Origin: Escherichia coli
Lineage (GTDB): Bacteria > Pseudomonadota > Gammaproteobacteria > Enterobacterales > Enterobacteriaceae
Assembly: GCF_048403405.1 (NCBI RefSeq)
Contig: NZ_CP183129.1
Direction: 5' to 3' (one strand)
DNA length: 64,000 nucleotides
In this document: positions 1 to 11,811 of the stretch, in pieces
Position numbering within the stretch: position 1 is the first letter of the stretch
Layout: each line of letters begins with the position of its first letter
Made by a program: the position numbers and the translations under genes
The notes under the pieces: generated by a model
What the model saw: only the letters and a program-made list of their open reading frames with translations
The model's database searches: none
What the model was told of the DNA's origin: nothing

Positions 1-328
1 GGCAATCCCGTTCCTGGCCCGCAATGAGTTCGGCGCAGCTATTAGCATGGTGGTGTGGGGCGCAGCAACCTTTGCGGTCGTACCGCCGTTACAGATGCGC
101 GTGATGCGTGTCGCCAGTGAAGCGCCAGGTCTGTCTTCATCAGTCAATATTGGTGCCTTTAATCTTGGAAATGCGCTGGGAGCAGCTGCTGGTGGTGCGG
201 TAATTTCCGCTGGGCTGGGATACAGCTTTGTGCCGGTGATGGGAGCGATTGTCGCGGGACTGGCATTATTGCTGGTGTTTATGTCAGCCAGAAAACAACC
301 TGAAACAGTTTGCGTTGCTAACAGCTAA
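1..328 (+). CDS. ydhP: MFS-type transporter, C-terminal fragment (start lies upstream of window)
   Basis: Open frame runs from window edge to stop at 326-328; hydrophobic TM-like C-terminus; convergent with sodB as in E. coli synteny. Confidence 0.6.
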   Translation, partial: AIPFLARNEFGAAISMVVWGAATFAVVPPLQMRVMRVASEAPGLSSSVNIGAFNLGNALGAAAGGAVISAGLGYSFVPVMGAIVAGLALLLVFMSARKQPETVCVANS

Positions 329-338
329 TTAAACAAAA

Positions 339-362
339 ACGCAGAAGGATAACCTTCTGCGT
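339..362 (-). terminator. Hairpin GCAGAAGG-ATAA-CCTTCTGC followed by a U-run on the minus strand; likely sodB terminator
   Basis: Perfect 8-bp stem read directly; A-run 331-340 on plus strand. Confidence 0.5.
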
Positions 363-392
363 TACAGTTGCTGACAACGTGCGATTTATCTT

Positions 393-460
393 GCCGAATG
401 CGCTGTTAACGCCTCATCCGCGTTGGCATGGTAAGCGAAGCGCATCAGGCAATGCTGCAT
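393..460. repeat. REP/BIME-like extragenic palindromic element
   Basis: GCCGAATGCGCTGTTAACGCCTCATCCGCGTTGGCA resembles the REP consensus (GCCGGATGCG...ACGCCTTATCCGGCCTAC), with an inverted partial copy GCGCATCAGGC. Confidence 0.35.
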
Positions 461-473
461 TTGCCATCAGTTA

Positions 474-1055
474 TTATGCAGCGAGATTTTTCGCTACGAA
501 TTCCCAGTTCACCAGCGCCCAGAAGTGCTCCAGATAGCCAGGACGTGCATTGCGATAGTCGATGTAATAAGCGTGTTCCCAGACATCAACGGTCAGCAGC
601 GGAGTCGCATCGGTGGTCAGCGGAGTACCCGCGTTAGAGGTTGAAACGATAGCCAGTTTGCCATCGCTGTTTTTCACCAGCCAGGTCCAGCCAGAACCAA
701 AGTTTTTGATCGCTGCATCAGTAAACTGCGCTTTGAAATCGGCAAAGCTGCCAAAAGATGCGGCGATAGCTTCAGCGACTTTTCCAGTCGGTTCGCCACC
801 GGCGTTCGGTGCCAGGCAGTTCCAGTAGAAAGTATGGTTCCAGACCTGAGCTGCGTTGTTGAATACGCCACCTTCAGAGCTGCGAATAATCTCTTCCAGT
901 GATTTACCTTCAAACGCGGTACCTTTAATCAGGTTGTTCAGGTTAGTGACATAAGTCTGATGATGCTTGCCGTAGTGATACTCGATAGTTTCCGCAGAAA
1001 TGTGCGGTGCCAGAGCATCTTTAGCATATGGTAGTGCAGGTAATTCGAATGACAT
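474..1055 (-). CDS. sodB: Fe superoxide dismutase
   Basis: 193-aa ORF, Fe/Mn-SOD family sequence ([18 protein letters not shown]). Confidence 0.97.
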   Translation of the reverse strand: MSFELPALPYAKDALAPHISAETIEYHYGKHHQTYVTNLNNLIKGTAFEGKSLEEIIRSSEGGVFNNAAQVWNHTFYWNCLAPNAGGEPTGKVAEAIAASFGSFADFKAQFTDAAIKNFGSGWTWLVKNSDGKLAIVSTSNAGTPLTTDATPLLTVDVWEHAYYIDYRNARPGYLEHFWALVNWEFVAKNLAA

Positions 1056-1150
1056 TGCTACTCTCCTTTATTATTAATTTGCATACGTACAATAGCCTTA
1101 TTGTGCGTATGGATAGGGTAGCAAATTAAAAGGTGAGACAAAAGATGAAC

Positions 1151-1178
1151 TTACCCTGTTGCCGTAACAACAGGGTAA
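1151..1178 (-). terminator. Hairpin TTACCCTGTTG-CCGTAA-CAACAGGGTAA downstream of mepH
   Basis: Perfect inverted repeat immediately 3' of the mepH stop on the minus strand. Confidence 0.5.
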
Positions 1179-1182
1179 AGTT

Positions 1183-2010
1183 TTAGCGAAGTGTTTTTGG
1201 GGTCATTACCCGACGAGCGCCAACATAGTGGCGCTGCCAGTAGTCTTCACTGAGAGAAGTGATTTGAATTTCCTGACCTGTGCGCGGTGACTGAATAAAT
1301 TTGCCGTTGCCGACATACACGCCGACATGATCGGCTGTGCCGCGTCCCTGAGTACGGAAAAAGACCAGGTCGCCGTTTTTCAGTTCACTACGTTCGATTG
1401 GCGCTGCATCACGCAGGTGATACATTTCATTCGCCGTACGCGGAATACGAATTTTCACCAAATCTTTATAAGCGTAATAAACCAGGCCGCTGCAATCAAA
1501 ACCGGTACGCGGTGAGCTGCCACCCCAACGATATGGCTTACCAATTTGCTGCATCAGTTTATTCATTGCCACTTTCGTAGCTTTTTGCACCTTCGCTTTG
1601 TGCGCGTCGGCAAGAGTTCCTGACGCGGCATTTTTGACTTTCACACAATGCGATTTATAGCCCTTACGTTTGGTACACTTTTCGGTAAAGTTGGCTGAGG
1701 CCGTTTTATTGACGGCGTGTTTGCTGCGAGTTTTGGCGTTTTTAGAAGCGGTAATGGAAGATTTTTTAACGGAAGAAGCGGTTTTGCTTTTGGTCGTACT
1801 TTTACTGGCGGCTTTTTTCGCTGTTTTCTGGCTGGCTTTCTGGGTCTTTTTGGTGGTTGCCGTGCTTTTCTTTTTATCTGCTTTTTTGGTGATATGAGTG
1901 GTAGCAGAACTCTCCCTGGCTTGCTTTGAAGCATGGGCCATAGGCGTTAAAGGCAGGGTGGTAAAAAGTAAAGCACAGAGCGTGATCGAAATACGGTTTA
2001 TCCGCGCCAC
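1183..2010 (-). CDS. mepH: NlpC/P60 peptidoglycan DD-endopeptidase with signal peptide and K/T/S-rich linker
   Basis: 275-aa ORF; C-terminal NlpC/P60 domain with catalytic Cys (FDCSGLVYYAY). Confidence 0.85.
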   Translation of the reverse strand: MARINRISITLCALLFTTLPLTPMAHASKQARESSATTHITKKADKKKSTATTKKTQKASQKTAKKAASKSTTKSKTASSVKKSSITASKNAKTRSKHAVNKTASANFTEKCTKRKGYKSHCVKVKNAASGTLADAHKAKVQKATKVAMNKLMQQIGKPYRWGGSSPRTGFDCSGLVYYAYKDLVKIRIPRTANEMYHLRDAAPIERSELKNGDLVFFRTQGRGTADHVGVYVGNGKFIQSPRTGQEIQITSLSEDYWQRHYVGARRVMTPKTLR

Positions 2011-2344
2011 TGAGCGTCCCTCTGTTAAGGCAGGTCTATCATGCCTGCGTCTGATTTACAAAACTTGATGATTCTAATGCATAGAAGAAGAGAAAGTTAA
2101 TAGCTTTTATTGTTAAAAAATACGTTTCGTTGGCGAGCGCAAAAAAATGCAGCAGTGAAAGCTAAAAATGGTTATAAATACGCCAGTTTGCCGTGCGTCA
2201 GGGAAGAAACGAATATTTGAAATGCAACAAATAGAGCAAAGGGATAAAATAGCAAAAGCGTGATGAAAATGTTATTTTCCGATGCCGCACTGACCCGCTA
2301 CAATGTCAGATTACTGCCGTAAAGAAGTTTGAGGAAGCAAGACA

Positions 2345-2692
2345 ATGAGCACCACTATCGAAAAAATCCAACGCCAGATTGCTGAAAACCCGATCCTGCT
2401 GTACATGAAAGGTTCACCGAAACTGCCGAGCTGCGGTTTCTCTGCCCAGGCAGTCCAGGCGCTTGCCGCATGTGGCGAACGTTTTGCCTATGTTGATATT
2501 CTGCAGAATCCGGACATTCGTGCGGAACTGCCGAAATATGCTAACTGGCCGACCTTCCCGCAACTGTGGGTTGACGGCGAGCTGGTCGGCGGTTGTGATA
2601 TCGTGATCGAAATGTATCAGCGTGGAGAACTGCAGCAGCTGATCAAAGAAACTGCCGCTAAATACAAGTCTGAAGAGCCGGACGCGGAATAA
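2345..2692 (+). CDS. grxD: Monothiol glutaredoxin (Grx4)
   Basis: 115-aa ORF with CGFS active-site motif. Confidence 0.95.
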   Translation: MSTTIEKIQRQIAENPILLYMKGSPKLPSCGFSAQAVQALAACGERFAYVDILQNPDIRAELPKYANWPTFPQLWVDGELVGGCDIVIEMYQRGELQQLIKETAAKYKSEEPDAE

Positions 2693-2706
2693 TCCGTCCT
2701 GCAGTA

Positions 2707-2734
2707 CTGACGGATGCGAACGGGCATCCGTCAG
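2707..2734. terminator. Bidirectional hairpin CTGACGGATGC-GAACGG-GCATCCGTCAG between convergent grxD and lhr
   Basis: Perfect 11-bp inverted repeat followed by a T-run on the plus strand. Confidence 0.6.
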
Positions 2735-2742
2735 TTCTTTAT

Positions 2743-5700
2743 CTATCCCCAATCCAGCCCTTGTGGCGAACTTGAAAATCCCGCCTCACGCAGCAGCGTA
2801 AACATCGGCGTTTGCCGGACCGGTAGATCATTCACTTCTGTTAGCGTAAAGCGCAGCCGTAGTTCGCGACGCAGTGCGGTGGTCAGCGCCTGGAAAATCT
2901 CTGGGGCGAGTAATTCATCTTTTTCCTGCCAGACCAGCATTTTTTTGCCGCCTTGCGCCAGATAGAGTAACAATTTGCCGCCAGAAACGACCACCAGCGC
3001 ACCCGCCCGACGCGTTGGAACCAGCGTTGCCGGATGTGCAGGCCAGGGCAGAAGATTTCCCCACACATTAGCCGGATCGTTGGCGGAGAGCGCCACTGGT
3101 GTATAGTGGCGCGTTTGCGTGGCTTGTGTCGCCAGATCGCGCAATCGGTCAATAGTCAGACGTTCAGCGAATTGCGCACCCCCCAGACCTTCTACAAAAC
3201 GACCTCGCATAATTCGCCCGGAGTCTTCCATACTTCGACAAAGCGTTTGCATCGATGGAAACCCGCCAGGGATATTTTCGGCTATCACCGCCTGACGACT
3301 GATGATGCCGTAGCGGTCGAGCATATTTTCCGCCAGCGCCAGCATCCTTTCGGTATCGTTTAGTGGCTCCACCTGCAATAACGACCAGCGTCCAGCAAGA
3401 TTTGGTGTGTTGTAAGATACCCGCGGCGAGACGGGTTGTGCATAGACAGGACGCCCACGACGAGCCCGGTGACTGCGGCGAGTCGAGGTGCGTGCGTTGG
3501 AACTGCTGCGGGTGAGGGCGCGTAACGGTGCCCAAATGTCGCTGGTAATGAGGCCTTGCCAGACCAGCGCCCATAACGCCTCTTGCAGAGCCGAGGGATC
3601 AACCGATTCGCCGATTTTATCGCGTATCCGTTGGCTGATTTGTTGTGCAAACCAGGCTCCTCCGTCAGCCAGAACAGCGATTATCGCTTGCTGCAGCGCC
3701 GAACGATTCGCCTGATCTGCTTCGGCGGGAGTGAACGATTCTGCGGCATATTCCTGTAGATGCAGTGCCACCAGACCGTCATCTTCACCCAGCTTTTTTT
3801 GCCCCGACCAGATAACCGCACCGGTAGCCAGATAACCGCACCGGTAGCCAGTAATTCATTGAGCATTTCTGGCGAATAGTCGCGTACGCGGGCAGGCAGG
3901 ATCTGGCTTTCCCAGAGTGAGGCGGGTAAACCGACTCCTGCAAGCTGTTCGATCACCCGCATCACGCCATCCACGCCCTCATAAACGCCTGGCGATGTTG
4001 AGGCAAAGAGTGCCGGGCTACCATCGGTGGCGGGTAATACGCCCTGACGTTCCAGCAGCAATCGCGCATAGGTCGTGGCCGCAACGGGACGTGTCGCTTC
4101 TCTGGCGGCTTGCAGCGAGCGCAAACGCAGACGACGAAATACTTCATCGCTCACCCAGATGTCTTGTTGCAGATTCATCACCAGCCCCTGTTCGCGCAGT
4201 TGCTGAAGTTGCTCTTCGACAATGGCAATACCGAGACTAAACTCATGAGCCAGTTGTTCAGACGTGACCAGAGCATGAGCCCGGAGATAGCGCAGAAAGA
4301 GGTCGCGAAGCGGGTAACTGACTCGGTGCAAATAAATCTCTGGCAGTGACTCTGGTAGTCGTACGCCGAGAGCATCGCGCAGCCTGGCGGCATCATCCAT
4401 ACAGGCAAGACGCTCCTGCCCGCTAATCATCGTCCGGAAGATTCGTTTTACTGCAAGAAGATTTTCCAGATACGACGCAATCTCTTCACTGCTGCCTGTA
4501 TGCCGTTGCACCAGGTCTTCAACGGTCATTGGCCCCAGTTCGCGCAGCAGGTCGAACAATCCTTCTTCACCTTTCGCTCTTCTGCCAGGAGCCAGTCGTT
4601 GCAACTCTTCTTCCACCTGGCGAATGACCTGCGGGTCGAGTAATTCCCCCGGATCGACCTGTCCGAGTAGATTGCGCAGTAACTCGCTGTCCAGCGACAG
4701 TACGGATGCCCGGCGCTCTGCCAGCGGGGCGTCGCTCTGGTACATAAATTCCGCGACATAGCCGAACAATAAACTAGCGGCGAAAGGCGAGGGCGTAGTG
4801 GTCGTTACATCGGATATTTGAATTTCGCCACCGTTCAGGCGACGCATCAAACGTTCCAGCGCGGGAAGATCATAAACATCTTGCAGACATTCGCGTAGGG
4901 TTTCGAGAATGACCGGAAAATCTGGATATCCCTGAGCGATTTCCAGCAACTGACTGGCGCGCAGCCGTTGTTGCCAGAGCGGGGTGCGATGGCCCGGCGT
5001 GCGGCCCGGCATTAATAATGCCCGCGCGGCGCATTCGCGAAAACGGGCGGCGAAAAGTGCCGAGCTGCCTACCGCCTCGCGGACAATTTGCAGCAACTTT
5101 TCTGGTTCAAACAAAAAAATCGCGGCATCGGGCAATTTACCATCGGTGTCAGGAATGCGCGCAACAATGCCGTCATCACTGGCAACCACAGACGCGTCAG
5201 CGCCCCATAGTGCATGTATTCGCCCGGCAATCGCCAGCGCCCAGGGTTCATGCACCCGTCTTCCATAGGGAGAGTGCAAAATAATACGCCAGTCACCAAT
5301 TTCATCACGGCACCGTTCGAGGACAAGATGACGACTACCTGGAACGATGCCCGTCGCGTTGCGCTGCTCGTCAATCAACCCCTGAATATTGGCGATCGTA
5401 TTTTCTTCTGCCAACCACGGGGGAATAGTCCCGGAAAAGAACGCGCCATCCGCCAGTAAATGGAGAAAATCGCCGATCATCTCGCCTAATTCTGCCGGAC
5501 GTCCGTTACCTTCACCACGCCAGAAGGGGAGCCGGGCAGAACGACCCGGAGCAGGAGTCACAATCACCTGATCGCGGGTGATTTGCTGGATCCGCCATGA
5601 GGTAGCGCCGAGAGTGATAATGTCGTTCACCCGCGACTCATATACCATCTCCTCATCCAGTTCACCCACCCGCCGCGAACCGGCCTGTTCTTCACCTTCG

Positions 5701-7379
5701 GGTAATAACACGCTATACATGCCACGATCCGGAATGGTGCCGCCGCTGGTAACCGCCAACAATTGAGCGCCAGGTCGGGCGGTAAATATCCCGGTCTCCC
5801 GGTTCCAGACCAGTTTGGGGCGAAAAGCAGAAAAATCGCCAGAGGGATAGCGCCCGGAAAGCATATCCAGCGTGGCGTCAAAAACACGTCTTGGCAGATC
5901 TTTCCACGGTGCGGCACGGCGTACGCGGGAGTACCATTCGTCTACCTGTAATGCATCCATCGCCGCGGCGGCAACGGTTTGCTGCGCAAGGACGTCGAGT
6001 GGATTATGCGGCGGTGTCAGGTTTTCCAGCCTGCCTGCGAACATACACTCTACAATGACTGCGGAATCGACTAAGTCACGCCTGGTTCGGGGGAAAAAAA
6101 GCCCTTTGGAGATACCACCTACCTGGTGTCCGGCACGTCCAATGCGTTGTAACCCACTGGCAACAGAAAGCGGCGTTGCCACCTGAATCACCAGATCCAC
6201 CGCGCCCATATCAATCCCCAGTTCGAGACTGGAGGTTGCGACCACGCAGCGTAATTCACCCGATTTCAGCGCCTGTTCGGTGATTGCTCGTTGTTCTTTA
6301 GAGACGGAGCCGTGGTGTGAGCGGGCAATAAAAATGTCGCTACTTTGTATACGGTTAGAGGTTGCGCCGGAGGTCGACTCGAAATGGACCGCATCAACGG
6401 CGATAGACGGGGAACGCTGTAAGCGTGCGGAGTAAAGCTCATTCAATCGTGCCGTCAGTTTTTCCGCCAGCCCGCGTGAATTAGTAAAGACAATGGTCGA
6501 GCGATGGCGCAAAACTTCATCAAGGATACCCGTTTCAATATATGGCCAGATGGAGCCTTCTCGGCCGGCATGGCTGTCTTCGCCGGTGCCGCTGGCGACC
6601 GATGAGACATCATCCATATTGGCGACCGGTACGACAATCCGTATCTGCGGATGGCGCATTGCGGGCGGGTTGACTACCGTAACCGGGCGATCGCCACCAA
6701 GAAATGCTGCAACATCGCTGGCTGAACGCACAGTGGCAGAAAGGCCAATTCGCTGTGCTGAGGTGTGGAGCAGCGCATCGAGCCGCTCCAGACTTAACGC
6801 CAGATGCGCACCACGTTTACTGCCCGCTACCGCGTGGACTTCATCAATAATTACCGTTTCGACGCCGCGTAGCGTTTCGCGCGCGCGGGAGGTCAGCATC
6901 AGATAGAGTGATTCGGGTGTGGTGATCAGAATATCCGGCGGATTACGGGTGAGTTTGCTGCGTTCCTGTGCAGGCGTATCGCCAGTACGGATCCCCACGC
7001 GAAGATTGACTTCCGTTTCGCCGCGCCGCCGCCGTTCATCGGCAATACCCTTCAACGGGATCTGCAAGTTGCGCTGAACGTCGGTGCCCAGGGCTTTTAT
7101 CGGTGAAATATAGAGGATGCGTGAGGTTTTACGCTTATGCGCCTCACGGGTATCTTCGCCGCCTTCGCGGAAGAGCCGATCGAGGGCGTAGAGAAATGCT
7201 GCCAGCGTTTTCCCGGAGCCAGTCGGTGCAATCACCAGCGCATGTTCGCCTCGCGCCGCCACATGCCAGGTTTGCGACTGGACAGCGGTCGGCTGTTTAA
7301 AGGCGCGAAGAAACCAGTCGCGGGTCGCCGGTGAAAACACGTCCGGCAGGGGCGATGAAGGGTTTAGATTATCTGCCAT
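2743..7379 (-). pseudogene. lhr: Lhr large ATP-dependent helicase, interrupted by a frameshift
   Basis: Two minus-strand ORFs in different frames (3681..7379, 1232 aa, with Walker A GSGKT and DEVH motifs; 2743..3771). Removing one copy of the 20-bp duplication at 3811-3850 gives one 1539-codon frame. Confidence 0.85.
3811..3850. repeat. Perfect 20-bp direct tandem duplication (GATAACCGCACCGGTAGCCA x2) inside lhr
   Basis: Read directly: 3811-3830 is identical to 3831-3850. Confidence 0.95.
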
Positions 7380-7471
7380 TAACGCTATTCCCCGTGAATA
7401 TCATGCATGATGCGTGGAATAGCCTCACTATAGATGCCTGAATCATTGCATGTCATCAGGCATCGACTCGA

Positions 7472-8119
7472 TTACACCTCTTCGGCGGCAGGTAGCGGCC
7501 AGCCTCCCAGACGTTTCCAGCGGTTGACGATTTCACAAAACAGCACAGCAGTGCGTTCGGTGTCGTACAGCGCGGAGTGCGCCTGGGTGCTGTCGAAGTC
7601 CATGCCAGCGGTCTGGCAAGCCTTTGACAATACGGTTTGTCCGAGTGCCAGCCCGGCAAGTGCAGCAGTGTCAAAAGTGGCGAAAGGGTGGAACGGGTTA
7701 CGTTTCAGTGAGGCGCGTTCTGCGGCGGCCATCATAAAGCTGTGATCGAAATTGGCGTTGTGCGCCACCATAATGGCGCGGTTACAGCCGCTCGCTTTAA
7801 TGCCTTTACGTACAACTTTAAAAATTTCGTGCAGCGCCTCGTATTCGCTGACCGCGCCGCGATCGGGATCGTTCGGGTCAATGCCGTTGAAGGCGAGGGC
7901 CTCTGGCTGCAAATTTGCGCCGACAAATGGTTCGACGTGGAAATGTAATGTGGTGTCCGGCATCAGCCAGCCTTGTTCATCCATTTTCAGGGTGATGGCG
8001 GCAATCTCAAGCAGCGCATCGGTTTTGGCGTTAAATCCGGCTGTTTCAACATCGATCACAACAGGATAAAAACCACGAAAACGGTCGCACAGACCGGTAA
8101 GTTGAGCGTTATCGGACAT
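7472..8119 (-). CDS. rnt: Ribonuclease T (DEDDh 3'-5' exoribonuclease)
   Basis: 215-aa ORF, RNase T sequence ([14 protein letters not shown]). Confidence 0.95.
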
Positions 8120-8221
8120 CTGATTCTCTTAATACGGATAAATTGCAGCGCGCATTATGACAAATATTACTTGTCGATGCAGTAAAGATGCGGGCGCGAG
8201 GAGTTCACGCCCGGCAGGAGA

Positions 8222-8629
8222 TTAGTTGCCCAGACCGCGACCGGCGTCTTTCTCTTCGATTAACTCAATTTTGTAACCGTCCGGATCTTCCACAAACGCG
8301 ATAACCGTAGTACCGCCTTTTACCGGACCCGCTTCACGGGTGACGTTACCCCCGTTTTGACGGATTTTTTCGCACGCTTCAGCGGCGTTATCAACGCTAA
8401 GCGCGATGTGACCATAAGCAGTGCCGAGTTCGTATTTATCCACGCCCCAGTTGTAGGTCAGTTCAATCACCGCTTCTTCGGTTTCCGGGCCGTAGCCAAC
8501 AAACGCCAGTGAGTATTTGTATTCCGGGTTTTCGCTGGTACGCAGCAGTTTCATGCCCAGCACTTTGGTATAAAAATCGATGGAGCGTTGCAAATCGCCA
8601 ACGCGCAGCATGGTATGAAGAAGACGCAT
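8222..8629 (-). CDS. gloA: Glyoxalase I (lactoylglutathione lyase)
   Basis: 135-aa ORF, VOC/glyoxalase family. Confidence 0.95.
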
Positions 8630-8677
8630 CTTTATATCCTCAAAATGGCTAACAGATTCAAAATGTTGTTTTAGTAT

Positions 8678-8697
8678 AGCGGCGGCTTTACGCCGCT
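8678..8697 (-). terminator. Hairpin AGCGGCG-GCTTTA-CGCCGCT between nemA and gloA (possible partial terminator)
   Basis: Perfect 7-bp stem; no strong U-run. Confidence 0.3.
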
Positions 8698-8709
8698 CGC
8701 AATGTTGGA

Positions 8710-9807
8710 TTACAGCGTCGGGTAATCCGTGTAGCCTTCCGCACCGCCTCCATAGAAACTTTCGGCACGCTGTGGGTTAAGCTCAGCTTTGCGTTGCAAG
8801 CGGGCGACCAGATCCGGGTTCGCAATCCAGTCACGACCAAATGCCACCGCATCAATTAACCCTTTGCCGATCAGCGTTTCGGCTTTTTCTACCGTGTATG
8901 CACCTGCGCCGATAATCGGACCGTGGAAACGGGCGCGTACTTTTTCGCGGAACGCATCAGTATACGGTTCACCCCCCGCCCAATCTGGTTCTGACATATG
9001 CAGATAAGCAATGCCGCGTTTACCCAGTTGTTCAATCAGATACAGTGCATCGGCTTCTTCATTCGGGCCGTTATCTGTGTTCTGGAAAGTACCGATTGGC
9101 GAAACGCGAATGCCAATGCGATCGGCACCCCATTCTTCAATCCCTGCATCGACCACTTCCAGCACCAGACGTGCGCGATTTTCCACGCTGCCGCCGTACT
9201 GATCGGTACGATGGTTTGAAGAAGGAGAAAGGAACTGATGCAGCAAATAACCATGAGCAGAGTGGAGCTCTACCAGATCAAAACCGGCTTCACGCGCGTT
9301 AGCAATGGCCTGACGGAAATCATTGACGATACCCGGAATCTCTTCCAGTTCAAGCGCACGCGGCATGGATGTTTCAACACGGATCGCCTGACCATTTTCA
9401 TCGCGCAGAGAAGTACGTGTTCCCGCGCTAAGTGCGGAAGGCGCTACCGGTGCCTGACCGCCAGGTTGCAGGCTGGCGTGAGAAATGCGTCCGGTGTGCC
9501 ACAGCTGTACGGCCATATGACCATTTTCAGCATGAACGCCAGCGGTAATTTTTTTCCATGCGGCAATTTGTTCCGGACTATGGATGCCAGGTGCACCAGC
9601 ATACCCTTTTGCCTGGGCAGAAATTTGCGTGGCTTCGCTAATAATCAAACCGGCACTGGCACGTTGGCGATAGTATTCCGCCATCAACGGGGTAGGGATG
9701 TCACCCGGTTCAATACTGCGCAGACGCGTCAGCGGTGCCATAAAAATACGGTTTGCCGCCGTGATCGCGCCCACTTTCAGTGGGGAATACAGTTTTTCAG
9801 ATGACAT
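8710..9807 (-). CDS. nemA: N-ethylmaleimide reductase (Old Yellow Enzyme family, FMN)
   Basis: 365-aa ORF, OYE family. Confidence 0.95.
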
Positions 9808-9843
9808 AAAGGCTCCCGGTCGTCTGGTGATAAAAAATGCCTG

Positions 9844-10443
9844 CTAAACGGCAGGCGTCGCAATAATGGTTTTTACATGTGCCAGCGCGTTTTCCAGTGG
9901 CTCGGAATTGCGCGAAATTTTGGCCTGCAGATTCGCACCCAGCCATAGTGCGTAAAGCACTTGTGCCTGTTGCAGCGGTTCGCCACAAAAGGTTAAACAA
10001 TGGCTATCACGGCCATTTTCCAGCGCCTGCGAGAGCAGAACGATCACGCCGCGAGCGCCTTTATCCATCGCGCTACGCATATCTTCTGACAGATCGCACA
10101 CTTCGGCAGAGAGTTTTACTGTCAGGCAACCACTGATGGTTCCATGTTGGCAAAACTGGTTCAGTGTTTGCTGGTAATAAGCCAGTATGCGGTCGCGGTA
10201 GTTACCTTCGCCGGATTGCAGCAACTCAGTCAGTCGCTGGTGATATGCGGCGTAATGGCGCTCAAGCATGGCAACGCCAAACGCTTCTTTAGAGCGAAAG
10301 TAGTGATAGAAGGACCCTTTCGGCACTTCAGCGGTTTTTAGTAATTCGCTTAGCCCCATCCCGGTGAATCCACGTTGCAGGCAAAGTTGCTCGCCCGTTG
10401 CCAGGAGATGTTCGCGAGTATTATGTTCGGTGTGTTTGTTCAT
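9844..10443 (-). CDS. nemR: TetR-family electrophile-sensing repressor
   Basis: 199-aa ORF with N-terminal TetR HTH. Confidence 0.9.
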   Translation of the reverse strand: MNKHTEHNTREHLLATGEQLCLQRGFTGMGLSELLKTAEVPKGSFYHYFRSKEAFGVAMLERHYAAYHQRLTELLQSGEGNYRDRILAYYQQTLNQFCQHGTISGCLTVKLSAEVCDLSEDMRSAMDKGARGVIVLLSQALENGRDSHCLTFCGEPLQQAQVLYALWLGANLQAKISRNSEPLENALAHVKTIIATPAV

Positions 10444-10457
10444 GCGTTGGAGTGTAG

Positions 10458-10473
10458 TAGACCAGTCGGTCTA
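10458..10473. promoter_or_regulatory. NemR operator-like palindrome TAGACC-AGTC-GGTCTA upstream of nemR
   Basis: Perfect 6-4-6 palindrome 15 bp upstream of the nemR start. Confidence 0.6.
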
Positions 10474-10546
10474 GTGCAAGCAAAGTTGCTACTTTGGGCA
10501 TTAACAGCTTCAATAATGGTAATAATCTTATTTTGAGGAGGGCGAA

Positions 10547-10786
10547 GTGGCGGAGCAATTAGAGTTCTTTCCCGTCCAGAGCCCGTGCCGGGGAATTTGC
10601 CAGTCTGACGAACGCGGGTTTTGTCGCGGCTGTTTTCGTAGTCGGGATGAGCGTTTTAACTGGAATAAAATGAGCGATGGCGAAAAACAAGAGGTGCTGC
10701 GCCTTTGTCGGCAGCGATTAATGCGTAAATTACGCGCAAATAAGCCAGCGTCATCAGACGAACCGGAGCAACCATCACTCTTTTGA
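10547..10786 (+). CDS. ydhL: DUF1289 small cysteine-rich protein
   Basis: 79-aa ORF with CxxxC...CxxC pattern. Confidence 0.85.
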   Translation: MAEQLEFFPVQSPCRGICQSDERGFCRGCFRSRDERFNWNKMSDGEKQEVLRLCRQRLMRKLRANKPASSDEPEQPSLF

Positions 10787-10834
10787 GCCTAATCTTGCGT
10801 ATACTCCTCTCATATCTGATAAGAGGAAGCGATT

Positions 10835-11731
10835 ATGGTTCAGCGTATTACTATTGCGCCGCAAGGCCCGGAGTTTTCCCGTTTTGTGATGGGCTACTGG
10901 CGATTGATGGACTGGAATATGTCCGCCCGCCAGCTGGTCAGTTTTATTGAAGAGCATCTGGATCTCGGCGTGACCACCGTGGACCATGCTGATATTTATG
11001 GTGGCTATCAGTGCGAAGCGGCGTTTGGCGAGGCGCTGAAACTGGCTCCTCACCTGCGTGAACGAATGGAAATCGTCAGTAAATGCGGTATCGCGACGAC
11101 CACGCGTGAAGAAAACGTCATTGGTCATTACATCACTGACCGCGATCACATCATTAAGAGCGCCGAACAGTCGCTTATTAATCTCGCGACCGATCATCTG
11201 GATCTGCTGTTAATCCACCGACCAGACCCGTTAATGGATGCCGATGAAGTGGCGGACGCGTTTAAACATCTGCATCAGAGCGGCAAAGTGCGCCATTTTG
11301 GCGTATCGAACTTTACGCCTGCGCAATTTGCGCTTTTGCAATCACGCCTGCCGTTTACCCTTGCCACTAATCAGGTGGAAATATCCCCGGTACATCAGCC
11401 GTTACTGCTGGATGGTACGCTCGACCAACTGCAACAACTGCGTGTTCGTCCGATGGCGTGGTCCTGCCTTGGTGGTGGTCGTCTGTTTAATGATGATTAT
11501 TTCCAGCCGCTGCGTGATGAACTGGCTGTGGTGGCGGAGGAGTTAAACGCGGGCTCGATTGAACAGGTGGTTTACGCCTGGGTATTACGTTTACCGTCGC
11601 AGCCGCTGCCAATTATCGGCTCAGGTAAAATTGAGCGCGTACGGGCAGCTGTCGAAGCAGAAACACTGAAAATGACCCGTCAACAATGGTTCCGTATCCG
11701 TAAAGCGGCACTGGGTTACGACGTACCGTAA
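10835..11731 (+). CDS. ydhF: Aldo-keto reductase family oxidoreductase
   Basis: 298-aa ORF, AKR family. Confidence 0.85.
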   Translation: MVQRITIAPQGPEFSRFVMGYWRLMDWNMSARQLVSFIEEHLDLGVTTVDHADIYGGYQCEAAFGEALKLAPHLRERMEIVSKCGIATTTREENVIGHYITDRDHIIKSAEQSLINLATDHLDLLLIHRPDPLMDADEVADAFKHLHQSGKVRHFGVSNFTPAQFALLQSRLPFTLATNQVEISPVHQPLLLDGTLDQLQQLRVRPMAWSCLGGGRLFNDDYFQPLRDELAVVAEELNAGSIEQVVYAWVLRLPSQPLPIIGSGKIERVRAAVEAETLKMTRQQWFRIRKAALGYDVP

Positions 11732-11811
11732 GCACTTTTAGGAATAGCCGCCGTTCAAAAATGTGTCACTGGTTTACACTTATTCAGGAATGCACAATGA
11801 ACGGAGGTCCT

